Part shown: one piece after another, positions 13,235 to 25,690 of the stretch | Position numbering within the stretch: position 1 is the first letter of the stretch | How the letters are laid out: the number at the start of each line of letters is the position of its first letter | Assembly: GCF_016433145.1 (NCBI RefSeq) | Contig: NC_058130.1 | Span: forward strand, 169,334,633-169,398,632 | Direction of reading: 5' to 3' | DNA: 64,000 bases | Origin: Gracilinanus agilis | Taxonomy: Eukaryota | Notes under the pieces: model-generated | What the model saw: the letters and a program-made list of their open reading frames with translations, nothing else | Told to the model about the DNA's origin: nothing | Databases searched by the model: none | Position numbers and translations under genes: made by a program

Positions 13235-13740
13235 GTCTAAACATTTCAACTTCTAGAACCCATGCACATACACCACTGGGCATATATACCCAAGAGGTCA
13301 AAGACAAAAGATCCCTTATATGCCGAAATATTTAGAGCAGCATTTTTTTGAAGTAGCAAATATCTGGGGGCAAAACAGACACACCCATCAACTAGAGAGG
13401 AGCTAAACAAACTGGCAAGTGAAGAGACTGTAATATTACTTCAACCTCAAAAGTGATGAATATGATTACAGAGAAGGGACAGAAAGTGAAGTAAGTAGAA
13501 CCAGGAAAACAAAATACACAACCACCACCAAAATTCTAACTGAACTCTGTGCAATTACAATAATCAAGCTTGGCTCTAAAGAAAAGAAAATGTATGCAGC
13601 CCTCTTCTTTGCCATGGTGAGGGTCTATGGATGTGGGGAAGTGTATATACTATCAGATCTAACTGATGTGTTATAAACTGCTCTTTTTTTCCCCCCTTCA
13701 TTGCTATGAGATAGATTTCTAGGAAAGAAAGGGAAGAAGT
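13235..13740 (+). mobile_element. old L1 3' fragment
   Basis: ctgggcatatatacccaagaggtcaaagac...; boundaries approximate. Confidence 0.6.
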
Positions 13741-13800
13741 CTCATGGAATCAAAGAGTTAGGGCTGGAGGTCACTTTAAAAGACCATCCAGACAAATCTT

Positions 13801-14008
13801 TTTTCTTTTTTTTTTAAACCTCTACATTTTGTCTTAGAATCAATGCTAAGTATTGGTTACAAGGTATAGGAGTGGTAAGGGCTAGGCAAAAGGATTGAGT
13901 GACTTGCCCAGAGTCACACTATTATGAAGTGTTTGAAGTCAAATTTGAACCCAGGACCTCCTATGCCCTAGGCCTGTCTCTCAATCCACTAAGGCACCTA
14001 ACTGCTCC
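13801..14008 (-). mobile_element. SINE1_Mdo-like SINE
   Basis: reverse-complement consensus. Confidence 0.87.
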
Positions 14009-14087
14009 AGGCATACCTATTTCAAGATAATAAGGATTTAAAAACAAAAAATTTGGTTTCCTTGTTTTTTAAAAGGAAATTCAACAA

Positions 14088-14305
14088 GGGGGCAGCTAGG
14101 TAGCTCAAAGGATACAGAGCCAGGCCTCTTGAGATAGGAGGTCCTGGGTTCAACTTTGACTTTAGGCATTTCCTAGCTGTGTGACCCCAGAAAAGTCACT
14201 TAACTCCCATGGCCTAGCCCTTACCACTCTTCTCCTGGGAACCAACACACAGTATTGATTCTAAGATAGAAGAGTTTTTTAAACCAAAAAAAAAAAAAAA
14301 AAGGA
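14088..14305 (+). mobile_element. SINE1_Mdo-like SINE
   Basis: head, CORE and polyA. Confidence 0.88.
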
Positions 14306-14589
14306 AACTACAAAGTTCGAAAAGCTAACAGCAAAATCACTGGTAGAGATCTCTCTCTATGGAACTATGTGGTGCTAACTTAACCTCAAAGGACAATAAG
14401 ATGACATCTGTATACAGGCTACCCATTAGTCTAGAGCTCAAGCTTTCAAACTTCCAACACTGCTACATATTTCAACTTGATTGTAAACTCTTTATCATTC
14501 CAACTCTTCCTATGCCACATCCTTCCTAAACCTATTCTAAGCCCTTATCAAGACTTCCAACCTCCCTGTCTTTCAGAATTTTCTCAGGA

Positions 14590-14777
14590 GGAAGCAGCTG
14601 GGTAGCTCAGTGGATTGAGAGTCAGACCTAGAGACAGGAGGTCCTAGGTTCAAATCCGGCCTCAGACACTTCCCAGCTGTGTGACCCTGGGCAAGTCACT
14701 TGACCCCCATTGCCTACTCTTACCACTCTTCCACCTAGGAGCCAATACACAGAAGTTAAGAGTTTAAAAAAAAAAAA
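14590..14777 (+). mobile_element. SINE1_Mdo-like SINE, short-tail variant, young
   Basis: perfect 15-bp TSD agaattttctcagga at 14575-14589 and 14778-14792. Confidence 0.95.
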
Positions 14778-15615
14778 AGAATTTTCTCAGGATATTAGCC
14801 ATGCTCTGACTTTATGTTCTTCCCTGTACAATCTGTACCCTATTGTTATCAATTCTACATTGTCCTCTGCCTCTAATTCCCCTTGTCTTATTGCTACTTC
14901 TCTCTCTCTCTCTGAACTCAGACTCTGGATTACTCCCATTCCTCCCACATTCCTACTCCCTTGGGGCTAAATGAAGCTGGAATTAAGTCACACAACTATG
15001 CTGACTGGGCACATTATAAACTCACATTATCCAACTTAAATGGAGCCCTTAGTACAGCAAGACAGTTCTTTTTATTCACCCCAATTGACTCCTATCTCAC
15101 TCCTCATTTCTCTTCTTCAAATGTCACACACCTCTCCCTTTCCATCTCATGATACCAAGGACCTTGCCTCTTCCCTGAGAAATTTGAGGCTCTTTAATGT
15201 GAGTTCCTCCCATTCACTTCATCTCAAAACCCCTTCATACCATCCTTCAGTCTCTTTTACCCAAGACTCTTAAAGTGTACAGGTACCCCTTCTCTTTGCC
15301 AGGGCCACACCCTCTATTGGTATACATTTGATCCCATCCCCTCCCAACCTCTCAACTTCTCCAACAGATTAAAACCTCAAACATCTCTCTCCTCTCCTTT
15401 TCTCTCTCCTCTCTCTTTCATCTTCAACCTCTCCCTAAAAAAATCCACTAGACCCTGTCACCCCCTCAATTTATCACCCTATACCTTTCTTCCCTTTGTC
15501 AAACTCCTAAAAAAATCAGTCTGTACTTGAAACCTTCACTTTCTCTCCTCAATCATTTACCTTATAACCTCATCACTCAACAGGCCCTGAGGCTAGTCTT
15601 TCCATAATTATCCAT

Positions 15616-15956
15616 TGTGTGGAGTGAGAAATTAGTGTGTTATTCTCAAGTTATTAAGAGTTATTAAATAACTCCAAAAAGTTGTCCCCCACCCCTATAC
15701 ATTTCTCTTCAAGTTCCCTACAAGACAAGATTAATTGTCAGTGTTTTGAACTGAGTCTTTTGAGTTTGTTTGGGAATTTGCCTGAGGTAGAAGTCCCTAG
15801 CTGGACAGTTTTAAGACCTGGAAGTACCCAAGATCAAATCTTAAGTGCCAATCTTGAATTCCCTTTTGTCTCTCATATTGTATTTGAAGCTTCTGTCCAG
15901 AACTCTACTCTTTCCTGATCATTTCTTTAAAATACTGATTTGCTTGAATGTGTTCA
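15616..15956. mobile_element. probable LTR-like insert within L2
   Basis: composition break, TG/CA ends, cattgt on both flanks. Confidence 0.4.
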
Positions 15957-16559
15957 TTGTAAAGCTATTCTAAATTCTGTCCCTCTAAACAATGTAATCA
16001 TCTTCCATGGGTTTAATTATCATCTCAATGCAGGTGACTCCCAGGTGACCATATCCAACCTCAGTCTCTCCCCAGAGTTCAGTCCTATATCTTAATAGCT
16101 GTCTACTGGACATTTCAAAAGGGATGTCTCAGAAACATCTCAAATCAACACATCCAACTCATCTTCCTCCCCAAATTCTCCCATCTCCAAACTTCACTAT
16201 TTCCTGCAAAGAACCATTAATCATCTTTCCTATCTCTCAGGTTCATGATCTCAGCATTCCCCTCAAATTCTAACTCTTCTTTACCCCATCCAAATCAACT
16301 GCCAAATCTTGCCATTTCTACATCTATAACACCCCTTCTCTCCACTCAAACAATTTAATTCAGGTCTCCACTGCTTTTTTCCAAATTACTGCAACAATCT
16401 CCTAATTAGTCTCATTGTCTCAAGTCTCTCGACATCCAACTCTGCTAGCTAGCTACCAAAGTGATTTTCTTTAAGTGCAGACCTGATCATGTCACAACCC
16501 CAATTTGAACTCCAGTGGCTCCCTATTGCCTCTAGAAAAAAAGTAGAAATGCTTATGTA

Positions 16560-16770
16560 CTTAAAAAAAAAAAAAAAAAAAAAAAAACCCTTACCTTCCA
16601 TCTTAGAAAACTATGTATTGGTTCCAAAGGAGATGAGTGGTAAGGTAAGGCAATGGGGATTAATGACTTGCCCAGGGTCACACAGCTAGAAAGTGTCTGA
16701 GGCCAGATTTGAACCTAGGACCTCCCATCAGTAGGCCTGGCTCTTTACTCTAAAGTCACCTAACTGCCCC
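16560..16770 (-). mobile_element. SINE1_Mdo-like SINE
   Basis: reverse-complement consensus. Confidence 0.85.
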
Positions 16771-18815
16771 ACTCTTCTGTACTTTTAAAGTGGGAATTCT
16801 TTCTGAACTTTGAAAATCCATCACAACCTGGCCCCAACCTATCTTTCCAGGATGACAGGACTTTACTCCCCTTCTACCATATGCAATCCAGCCAAGCCAG
16901 ACTTCTATTTCAACATTTCTATTTCTATTTCAATCAAATACAAACTCCTGCTTGGCATGTAAAACTCATCAGGGCATTCTCTTCTTTATCTCCTCTTTAC
17001 TTTCCCTTAAGAGTGAAAGATGTTGTGTCCTCCCAGATCCAAAGAGCAAGATGGCTACTCCCAGCCCTGAGAACCTTACAAATGCAATCTGACTTCCTTG
17101 GTCTTGATAAAAACAGGTTTCCTAAAGTGAATAATCAGGATTGTGTTACTTTCTTTCAAGAGGAATCCCCCTCTTCCTTCAAGACTTAACTCAAGCTTCT
17201 ACATAAAACTTTTTCAGATCGCTTTAATGAATAGTACTGTAGCAAGTAGAATCAGAAATTACTCCCTATACAAAGCTATGTTGTTCTTAGTTATTTTGAA
17301 TTAATTTGTATTTATTCTCTTCCAATCTGTTCTGTATACATTTATTGTCTCACTCCTCCTCTCCCCCCTTTAGAATGTAAGTTCTGTGAGAGTAAGGATT
17401 GTTTCATTCTTCGAATTTGTATTCTCAGCACTGAGTCCACTGGTGGTGAATAAACTTTACTTGTTTGTTTGGCATACTCCAAAGGTCCAGAATCCAGTAA
17501 GTCAGCCATGCAGAGAGTATAGGTAATAACAATAGCTTTATATTTCCCATTTTAAAGTCAAAGGAACTGGAGTTAAGAAAATTTAAGTGATTGGCCCAGT
17601 GTTAAACAATTCATAAGTGACTGAGGGAGGATGATAATGCTGATTTTCCTAATTCTAAGTCTAGCATTCTATCTTCTACCCTATATTGCCATAACATAAA
17701 AAGCATACTTGCTCAATTCTGAAGGGGCCAAGACAGCCCTATGCAGCTGCTGCAGGGAAACAAGAGATTTATGTTTTTAAGCAGAAAAGGAAAAGGTTTT
17801 GGCTTACTCTGACTAGAAGTAAAAAATGTCCCTACCTTGTTGGAATATAAAATTCTTATAATTCTATTCCTTATAGCATTATCTTATTTAGCCAACCTGT
17901 GTCAAATCACTTAAATTTAGCAAAACTGAGAATGACAAGCATTTGTTTCTATTAACTTGAAATGCCTTAAAATGTGTATCTTACACCACCCACAAAGTCA
18001 GATTTTCATCCAATGTATTTAATTCAGAATTACAACTCTCTTGATTGATGTATTGGCTAAGTGCCTCATTCCCTTGAGACTTATTTTTTCACTTTGACTT
18101 CAGAGACGACTTAAAAATGTAAATGCAAGTATTCTGAGTAATGCCAGATCTTCTCTTCTATGAAAGCAATGATGCAAGTAGGATCTGCTGCATCAGCCTC
18201 ACACCAGCTACTTCTAACATCTCAATTGCTCATAATGCTTCAAGAAGGGTCTGGAAAGAACGCATAAAATCACCCCCAAAGTCACAAAAAATTATGTGTA
18301 TACAACTGCTCAATATCATTTGTGTTAATAAGGGAAATGAAATTAAGGATACTTGTCCATACTCTATAGCTGTGGCACTTCTGAGTCATAAAATCTTCCC
18401 AACAGAAAATTATTTAGGTATATGCTTGACTGGAAGGTTGGCCAGGAAGCAATGGGAAAAGGGCTTAGAGCCTAGGCAACTGGGAAGCCTTGAATAAATT
18501 ACTTAAATATCCCCAGCCTCAGTTCATAGTTTCATTGATTTAGAGCTGGAAAGGACAAGAGATGAGATATAGCCTCCTTAGTTTTATAGATGAAGAAAAT
18601 AAAGCCAGGAGAGGGTAACTTCTCGAATATAGGGGTTTCTACTTCATAACATTTCTCCCTTCTATCTTCTACCTTCTATTCACACAGCCACCATCCTAGT
18701 TCAGGATCACATTACTTCTCACTAAGCAAACAGATCCCTATTTCCTCTAGAATCAAATCCAAACTCCTCTTTGGAATTTAAAACTCATCACAACCTTTCT
18801 AGATTTATTACCACA

Positions 18816-18985
18816 TGTGGCAGGTAAAATGATGAAGGTTTGAGCTTGCAGGCATATATTATTTATTAAGCAATGCATGGCAATTGTCCAAAAAATCAGG
18901 TCTTCCAAGGATCTCAGCACAGGAGGCACGAGTTCCATATATATAGGCAGAAAGATGATAGATTATAGGTGAAGAACAAGATATA
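18816..18985 (-). mobile_element. LTR 3' fragment
   Basis: minus strand shows TATA, then AATAAA, ending ...CCACA. Confidence 0.4.
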
Positions 18986-19533
18986 CATTTTCAGTCATGG
19001 CCAATATTGATTTGTTTGCTTGACTATACTTATTACAGGTTTCTCCTGGTTGGAGGGTGGGGAATCGGGGAGGAGCGACGGTTACGGTTTCACCTGGGAA
19101 GATAAAAATCTCCCCAAAAATTACCAATAAATCCCCTTCTTTTAAAACTTGAGATCCTTGCACATGATATATTAATAAGTGCATTAACCACCTCACAAAG
19201 TGGTTGCAAGGTTCAAATGGAAATAGTATTCATTCCACAAGCCTAACTTAACTATGCACCTATAGCATGTGCAGAGATGAAGACACGATTTCTTTCCTCC
19301 ACTAGCTCAATACTTTACAAGCTCATTTGCAGGTATGCAAAGATACTTCGTAAAAGTGTTGTGCATTGCAAAGCTAGGATAAATGCGTCCGGGAGTGATC
19401 CCTTCCCCTATTCACCGTCCTTCCCTCTGCTCGGTCCTAGTGAATTTCTTCTCTAACTCCCCGCCCCTCCCCTCCCCTCCCCCGACCTCGAACTCCTCAG
19501 GCCTGGAAACCCTAGTGATGGACAATTAATTAC

Positions 19534-19672
19534 CTGTGGGGCTCGGGGCGAACCTGACTCTCACAGCGGAGCTCTGCGTTCCAGGGCCCCCACGGTACCC
19601 CCGCCATCGCCCCGCCCCCGAAGGCGCTCGGGCCAAGCCCGGGTAGAGCAACCCCAGGAGCAGAGCCGCCAT
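19534..19672 (-). CDS. EARS2: EARS2 exon 1 (mitochondrial presequence ...VRVRFAPSPT)
   Basis: ATG at 19672, MAALLLG...RFAPSPTG, donor G|GTAAT, 139 nt. Confidence 0.96.
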
Positions 19673-19971
19673 GTGGGACTGAATGCACACGTGGCTAAAC
19701 AGGTTCACTTCCGGGCGGCGCACTAGCCAATCCTTTCCTCCCTTCTGGAGGAGGCGGAGCCTCCTTTTAAAAGGACAGGATCCTTTTTTGACCAGTCCCG
19801 GAGAATCATAGCTGGTTTACGGTGGATTTACTGACCGTCGCCAGTTACTTCCCACGTTTTTGTTTTCTAACGAGAGGAGAGCTGCCTTCAGCCTCCTAGG
19901 GAATAACGAAAGAGGAGACAGGGAAGACTGGTGAGTCTCCATAGGAACCTCCACCTGTTTCCGGTGGGCGT

Positions 19972-20012
19972 GTGTCTGTGTGTGTTTGTGTGTGTGTGCT
20001 TGTGTCTGTGTG
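19972..20012. repeat. imperfect (TG)n microsatellite in the bidirectional promoter
   Basis: tgtgtctgtgtgtgtttgtgtgtgtgtgcttgtgtctgtgtg. Confidence 0.9.
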
Positions 20013-20111
20013 TGGGGAGGGGGAGAGTACGGGCCGAGACGGGGGCCAATCTCGTCTGCTCGGCGTTTCCCGGCGGCCCCCTCGCTGCGGTGGGTGTTGT
20101 ACACAATCATC

Positions 20112-20136
20112 ATGGCGGCGGCCGGAGCCCCGGATG
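20112..20136 (+). CDS. UBFD1: UBFD1 exon 1 (MAAAGAPD)
   Basis: catcATGG start, G|GTGAGT donor. Confidence 0.9.
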
Positions 20137-20582
20137 GTGAGTATGGGGGGCAATCCCTGGGAAGAGGGGACTGGCGGGCGGACGGCCCGGAGCTGGGGCT
20201 GTGGAGGAAGGGAGCGGCGGAGGGGAGTGGCGGAGCCCCGGAGGAGGGCAAGGCCGTCTGCCCTCGAGAGAAGGGGCCGGACCCCGGGGCCGGCGCCGCG
20301 GGCTCCCCGCGAGAGGCCTGTCCTCGGGCTCCGCCGGGTGTCCCCGGGCTGCGTGGAGCGGAGGGAAGGCAAGGCGAGAGGGTCGGCCCCACCCCGCCCC
20401 CAGCGTCCCGCCCGCAGTCTCCGCGCGGTGCCGCGCGCGGGGTCCCGAGATGCCGCCACCGCCTCCCCAGCCTCCAGCCTCGGTGTCCCTCGTACGTCCC
20501 CTCGAGGAGCAGCAGGAGGCCAGGGCGCCAGTGCCGCCGCCGCCCCTGCCTCGCACTCTGGTGGGTTTTGTTTCGTGTTTAG

Positions 20583-20891
20583 AAGTCGAGGAGCCCGGCA
20601 TGGAAACAGATGCCCAGAAGCTGCAGCTCAACTGCGTGGACGCCGAGGCTGAGACCTCCTCCTGCACCTCCTCCTCGTCCTCGGCCGCGGCGGCCAAGGG
20701 CAGCCTGCAAGAGGACCAGCCGCAGGAGGACATAGCCAGTGCCCAGGCCTCGGTCAGCAACGGCGACGACGCCGAAACGGAGAAGGAGCTGGTGGATCTA
20801 AAGATCATCTGGAACAAAAACAAATACGACGTGCGGGTGCCTCTGGACAGCTCGGGAGCGGAGCTGAAGCGCAGGATCCACTCAATTACAG
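20583..20891 (+). CDS. UBFD1: UBFD1 exon 2
   Basis: VEEPGM...ELVDLKIIWNK...IHSIT; 309 nt. Confidence 0.94.
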
Positions 20892-21274
20892 GTTGGTGAT
20901 AGCCTTTGGCCAATCCTTGTGGGAGGGAGGCAGCTTGACCAGTGGACGTTGAAGCTGGCCTTGGAACTCATAATAGCAGCTGCATTCATATAGAGGCTTT
21001 AAAGTTTGCAAAGAACTTTACAAGTACATCATTTGATCCTCACAAAAAAAGTTGCTATTATGTTACCCATTTTACTGATAGGAAAACTGAGGCTAAAAGA
21101 CGTTACGAGGCTTGCCCACCTCACAGCTAGGAAAGAGTCACATTTGAATTCAGGGCACCCCAACTCCAGATCTACTCTGCTGCTTAACTGCCTCCAGAGT
21201 GAGACTTCTTGTACTAGCAGGGTCTGGACAACAGTGGCCAATTCAACTTTTCCTTGGGCATCTCTTCCTCTTCT

Positions 21275-21445
21275 CTTTCCACCCCTCCTGTCTTAGATTC
21301 TATACTCTTAAGTATCAGTTCCAAGGCCATTAGATTAAGCAGTAGGGGTTAAGTGACTTGCCCAGGGTCACACAGCTGTGAAGTATCTGAGGCTAGATTT
21401 GAACTCAGGACCACCTGACTGTCCACTGCACTACCTAGCTCTGGG
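21275..21445 (-). mobile_element. SINE1_Mdo-like SINE
   Basis: reverse-complement consensus. Confidence 0.8.
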
Positions 21446-22093
21446 ACAAATCTCTTAAACTTGATGTCTGAGCACAGATTTCATGATGGTAAGAGTGTAT
21501 ATATAGATATAGATGTATACATATATGTTTGTGTGCATATGTAGTATATGCCTTGTGTCTTTATTTCAACATAATTTGGTTTCCTTTGAATTCACATAGA
21601 TTTTATTTTACACATTTAAAATATTCTGATATGTCCATAGGTTTTATCCACCAATCAGAATGGTCCAAAACAACCCTCGGAAAGGTTAAGATTATCTGCT
21701 TTAAAACAAACAACTTTTGCATAGGATAATTATAGTTCACTTTTTTTAAAAGCTGGCTTTAAGAGTTGCAAAGTACTTTATAAAGGTTGTTTCATTCAAT
21801 ATCCCTTCTCCTCAAAACCCCATGAGGTAAGTCCAGTTTTTTAACCTCTTTTCAGAAGAAACTGAGGCCTAGAGACTGTAAGCCTCTAGTCCAGCCCATT
21901 GTATAACTCATCATTATGTAGAACAGAATTCAAACCTAAATTTTACTGATTTTTGAGTCTAACACACTGTCTTCCAATTGGATGTGGACTCCAGGTTGTG
22001 CACCTTTCTACCATACCCCCAAAAAAATCCTATTTAAATTGAATAGATGCAAATAAATTCACCCTGATTTTCTTCCCCTCTCTCTTACATAAG

Positions 22094-22302
22094 GACTACC
22101 ACCTGCCATGCAAAAAGTTATGTTTAAAGGACTTCTACCTGAGGAGAAAACATTACGGGAAATCAAAGTGACCAGTGGTGCCAAGATTATGGTGGTTGGA
22201 TCTACAATAAATGATGTTTTAGCAGTAAATACACCCAAAGACGCAGCACAGCAAGAAGCGAAAGCGGAAGAGAGTAAAAAGGAGCCACTTTGTAGGCAAA
22301 AG
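22094..22302 (+). CDS. UBFD1: UBFD1 exon 3
   Basis: LPPAMQKVMFKG...EPLCRQK; 209 nt. Confidence 0.96.
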
Positions 22303-24067
22303 GTTGGTAACTTATTGATTTGCTGGTGCTAAGAACTTGGGATGTGTGCCCCTTCTTGAAGCTTGGTTCCATTCTTCCCTGAATCAGCTTTTTCTTGTTG
22401 TTAGTCCATGCTGGAAATCCAAGATGGTATTTTGAATATATAGCTCTTGAGTGAAATTGGAACTATTTTGCATCATTGTTTCATTAATCATTGGTGTATC
22501 CAAAGACTATCCATATAAAATAGAGACACCATATTCCATGTTGTGGAATTGAGTTGGAGGTAATGTCTTTGAATATACCATGACATGACCCTTACAAAAA
22601 TTAGTTGGTGATCTATATCCCTTTTCAGATGAGCATAAGAACAGCTAAAAGTAAATGTGCTTGGGGTTTACTTGTTTAAGTAAAATACCCAGAGTTCTTG
22701 CAGCCAGAAGTAATAGTTTTCATATGTGTAAGATAGTCCCCTAAAACTGGGAAGTTCCACATTATTTAGAGCAAATGTACCTACATTGTGGTGTTTACCT
22801 GACCAAGAGCTCTTTGTCCTTTATACTTACTGGACAGAAAAAGTCAGTTTTAAACTCCATTTAGAGACATTTCTTTTGTCCTGATCCTGCAAACTCTGCT
22901 AGCTCTCTTTTTTTATTGTCTTAGGTCTCCTCTGCAACTTTTCTTGCTATACAAATGTGTGAATCCATGAATATTTACTGCTCTAATTATTAATAGTCTG
23001 ATCCTGTTTGCTTAACATGTAATTTATTTTGTAAGCACAATATACCTTTAAATACAAGGTTTGTGTTTCTGACGCTGACTTAATAAGCCTAAAGCTTTTC
23101 CCCATGGTGTAACCTTCAAAAGGGATATGTAAAGAATGATTCAATTATGCTGTTAATATACTAACTTATTTTCCTGATGAGCAAGTTATGAGGCATTGCA
23201 CTGCCTAACAAGAGAAACCCAAACCTTTGATTATTTTTCAGCCTCTTTAAGAATATGTTGATATCAAGATAGCTCATACCAAAAAAATTATTTTGGCATT
23301 CTTGCTGTTCATAGTTAGAGTCATATTCTTTATTATTCTCCTTACTCTAAAGATCATCTTAATTGACAAAAACTCTTTAAGTACTAGATAGAAAAAGAAT
23401 GGTTTAGGGGGAATGGAGAGGCACATGTGTCCTCCTGACTCATTTAATAAGCATTATGTGAACAGCCTTGTAAAAGTATTGGTGGATGAATAAGGCTTTC
23501 TCTGACTTTCAAGCTGTAGATTAGTATTTTCTAATTCAGACTATAAAGCCATTATATCTGCCTCCAAAATCTGATAACATTACCATCCACCAAAAAAGAC
23601 ACACAAACCTCAAAATATATATATATCTCCAACCATACATTTAAGAGCTTAACTTGTAAGGAGATGTTTTTCTCCATACTTTTAAGGCTTTAATCAGTAC
23701 CAAGCAAGAATCAGTTATTTTTAGCATTCTTTATTTCTGAGAGTTTAGAATGGGCATACTATGATTCTCTTGTATTTGTTTTGTTCAAACATATTTTGTG
23801 TGATTCTTTAGCCTGAGACTTGGCACAATATATATGACATTTTTGTTAGAAAGCCACATTAACTTGAACTAGCCATAAGGGGATACTAAAATTTTAAATT
23901 AAAAAAATTATTCTCAAGCATTCAATTATCTCGAGTCTTTTTAAAACCAAAATATCAGTATAGGGATTTTTTTCCCCCACTTAAGTCACCTAGAGATTTC
24001 AAATTGATACTAAGAAGTAAATATGGTCATGTTTTTCTGCATTCAAATTGTCTGATTTATGTTATAG

Positions 24068-24133
24068 CAACACAGAAAAGTGTTGGATAAAGGGAAACCT
24101 GAAGACGTGATGCCTTCTGTTAAGGGTGCTCAG
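24068..24133 (+). CDS. UBFD1: UBFD1 exon 4
   Basis: QHRKVLDKGKPEDVMPSVKGAQ; CAG|GTAAG. Confidence 0.96.
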
Positions 24134-24354
24134 GTAAGCAAAGACCCTTGACCCATTGTTGTCATTCTGAAATCTGTTACCAATTCACTAGGCTTGGTCT
24201 TGTGAGATTCCTTCCAATTCTTCTTCCCCTTACCATTTGGGGGTAAAACGGTCTTCATTGCCTATATTCTATAGTTTGGTCCTTTCTGTTTTGTTCATTT
24301 TATCTGTAAGACAGTCTTCACTGCTACAGCAGTTTTGGTTTTTTAACATTTCAG

Positions 24355-24460
24355 GAACGACTGCCAACGGTACCTTTATCAGGCATGTATAATAAGACAG
24401 GAGGAAAAGTGAGACTCACCTTTAAACTAGAACAAGACCAATTGTGGATTGGAACTAAAG
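24355..24460 (+). CDS. UBFD1: UBFD1 exon 5
   Basis: ERLPTVPLSGMYNK...LWIGTK; 106 nt. Confidence 0.96.
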
Positions 24461-25481
24461 GTAATCTGCTGTTGACATAAATTTATTTCTTCCAAATCAA
24501 ATTGTTTATGTTGCACATTCTAAACTAAACCTCTCTTTACTCTAGATATCACCCATTGTTTTATTAACTCTTTTACACATTTAAGTTCAGTTGTGCCTCT
24601 TTTTGTTATCTTTAATCTCATGTTAGTACCTCCCAATTAAGGATTCTCTTCCTAGGGCTGTTGCCTACTAGGTGAGTGAGACAGTTATGCTATATAACAA
24701 GTACTCTGGACTTGGATTCAGGTGAGAACTGGCTTTGAATCCTGCTTCCAGCTTGTGTAACCAAAGACAAGTCCTTTAAGATCCTTGAGCCTCAGTTTCC
24801 TCATCTGTAAAATGATGGTAATACCAACTTTTGCTTTGAGAGTCAAATAAGGTTATGTAAAAAGTGCTTTATAAATACTAAAGCACTATACAAATTTCAA
24901 CTACTCTTAATTATCTATATTCTGTTTAATCTGTGACTTTGCTCAGGTGATCCTTAAATACTAAAAGAATATCTCCTTCACATTGATTATTCCATGGTAG
25001 CTCTCCACCTACTTTTGGGAGGTAGAGAGAAGACTAGGAGATCCCTAGGATAATAAAAACAAATTTTTGTTAAAGTAGATGGTCCTGTGTTATTATGAAG
25101 GCACTCTCAAACTAAGCCTTGGAAACCTTATTGATCTTCTAGTATCATTTGATGTCAGGTCAGATTATATCCAAGATCCCATGTAAGTTTTGGCGTCATA
25201 GAAACCTTCAAAAACTACCTCCATTATTTACCTATTCAAAAACTGTTATAAAATTTTAGTTACTCGTCTTGTAAACTTTCCAGCAGAAGATAATTGAATT
25301 TTAACCTAGGTGAGCCTCGTTGTCAAACCTAAGTGCTGGATATTATCACACTGTTGATTCTTAGTCTAGGGTCATTCCCCAAGCAGTTGACCTATCAAAG
25401 CATAAGTTGGTAGGAGGGTGGTTTTCCCCTCAGAACTGTGATTTCATCAGTGTAAAAAGTTCTCCTTTGAAGAAACAGATG

Positions 25482-25690
25482 AGGGGCAGGTTGGTGGCTC
25501 AGTGGATAAAGGGGCAGGCCTGGAGACAGGAAGCCCTGGGTTTAAATCAAATAATTCCTGATTGTGTGACCCTGTGCAAGTTGCTTAGCCCCAGTTGCCT
25601 AGCCCTTATCACTCTTCTGCCTTGGAACCAATACTTAGTATCAATTCTAAGACAAAAAGTAAAGGAGTTTTTTGTTTGTTTCTTAGAACA
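25482..25690 (+). mobile_element. SINE1_Mdo-like SINE
   Basis: head, CORE and tail. Confidence 0.85.

Larger units (their letters stand above)
14400..17430 (+). mobile_element. L2 remnant with nested SINE and LTR insertions
   Basis: C/T-rich L2-type ORF2 remnants ending ttagaatgtaagttctgtgagagtaagga. Confidence 0.7.
19380..20940. promoter_or_regulatory. CpG island and bidirectional promoter of EARS2/UBFD1
   Basis: high GC/CpG; divergent ATGs 440 bp apart; E-box CACGTG ~19688, ETS CACTTCCGG ~19706, CCAAT ~19727 and ~20046, GC boxes. Confidence 0.9.

Noticed and set aside
20580-20586. NAGNAG acceptor (TAG AAG) at UBFD1 exon 2
   Set aside because: Common, and it affects one residue in a disordered region.
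19817-20913. Many long overlapping ORFs (187-267 aa) on both strands
   Set aside because: Expected from stop-poor GC-rich CpG-island DNA; only the spliced UBFD1 frame matches a known protein.
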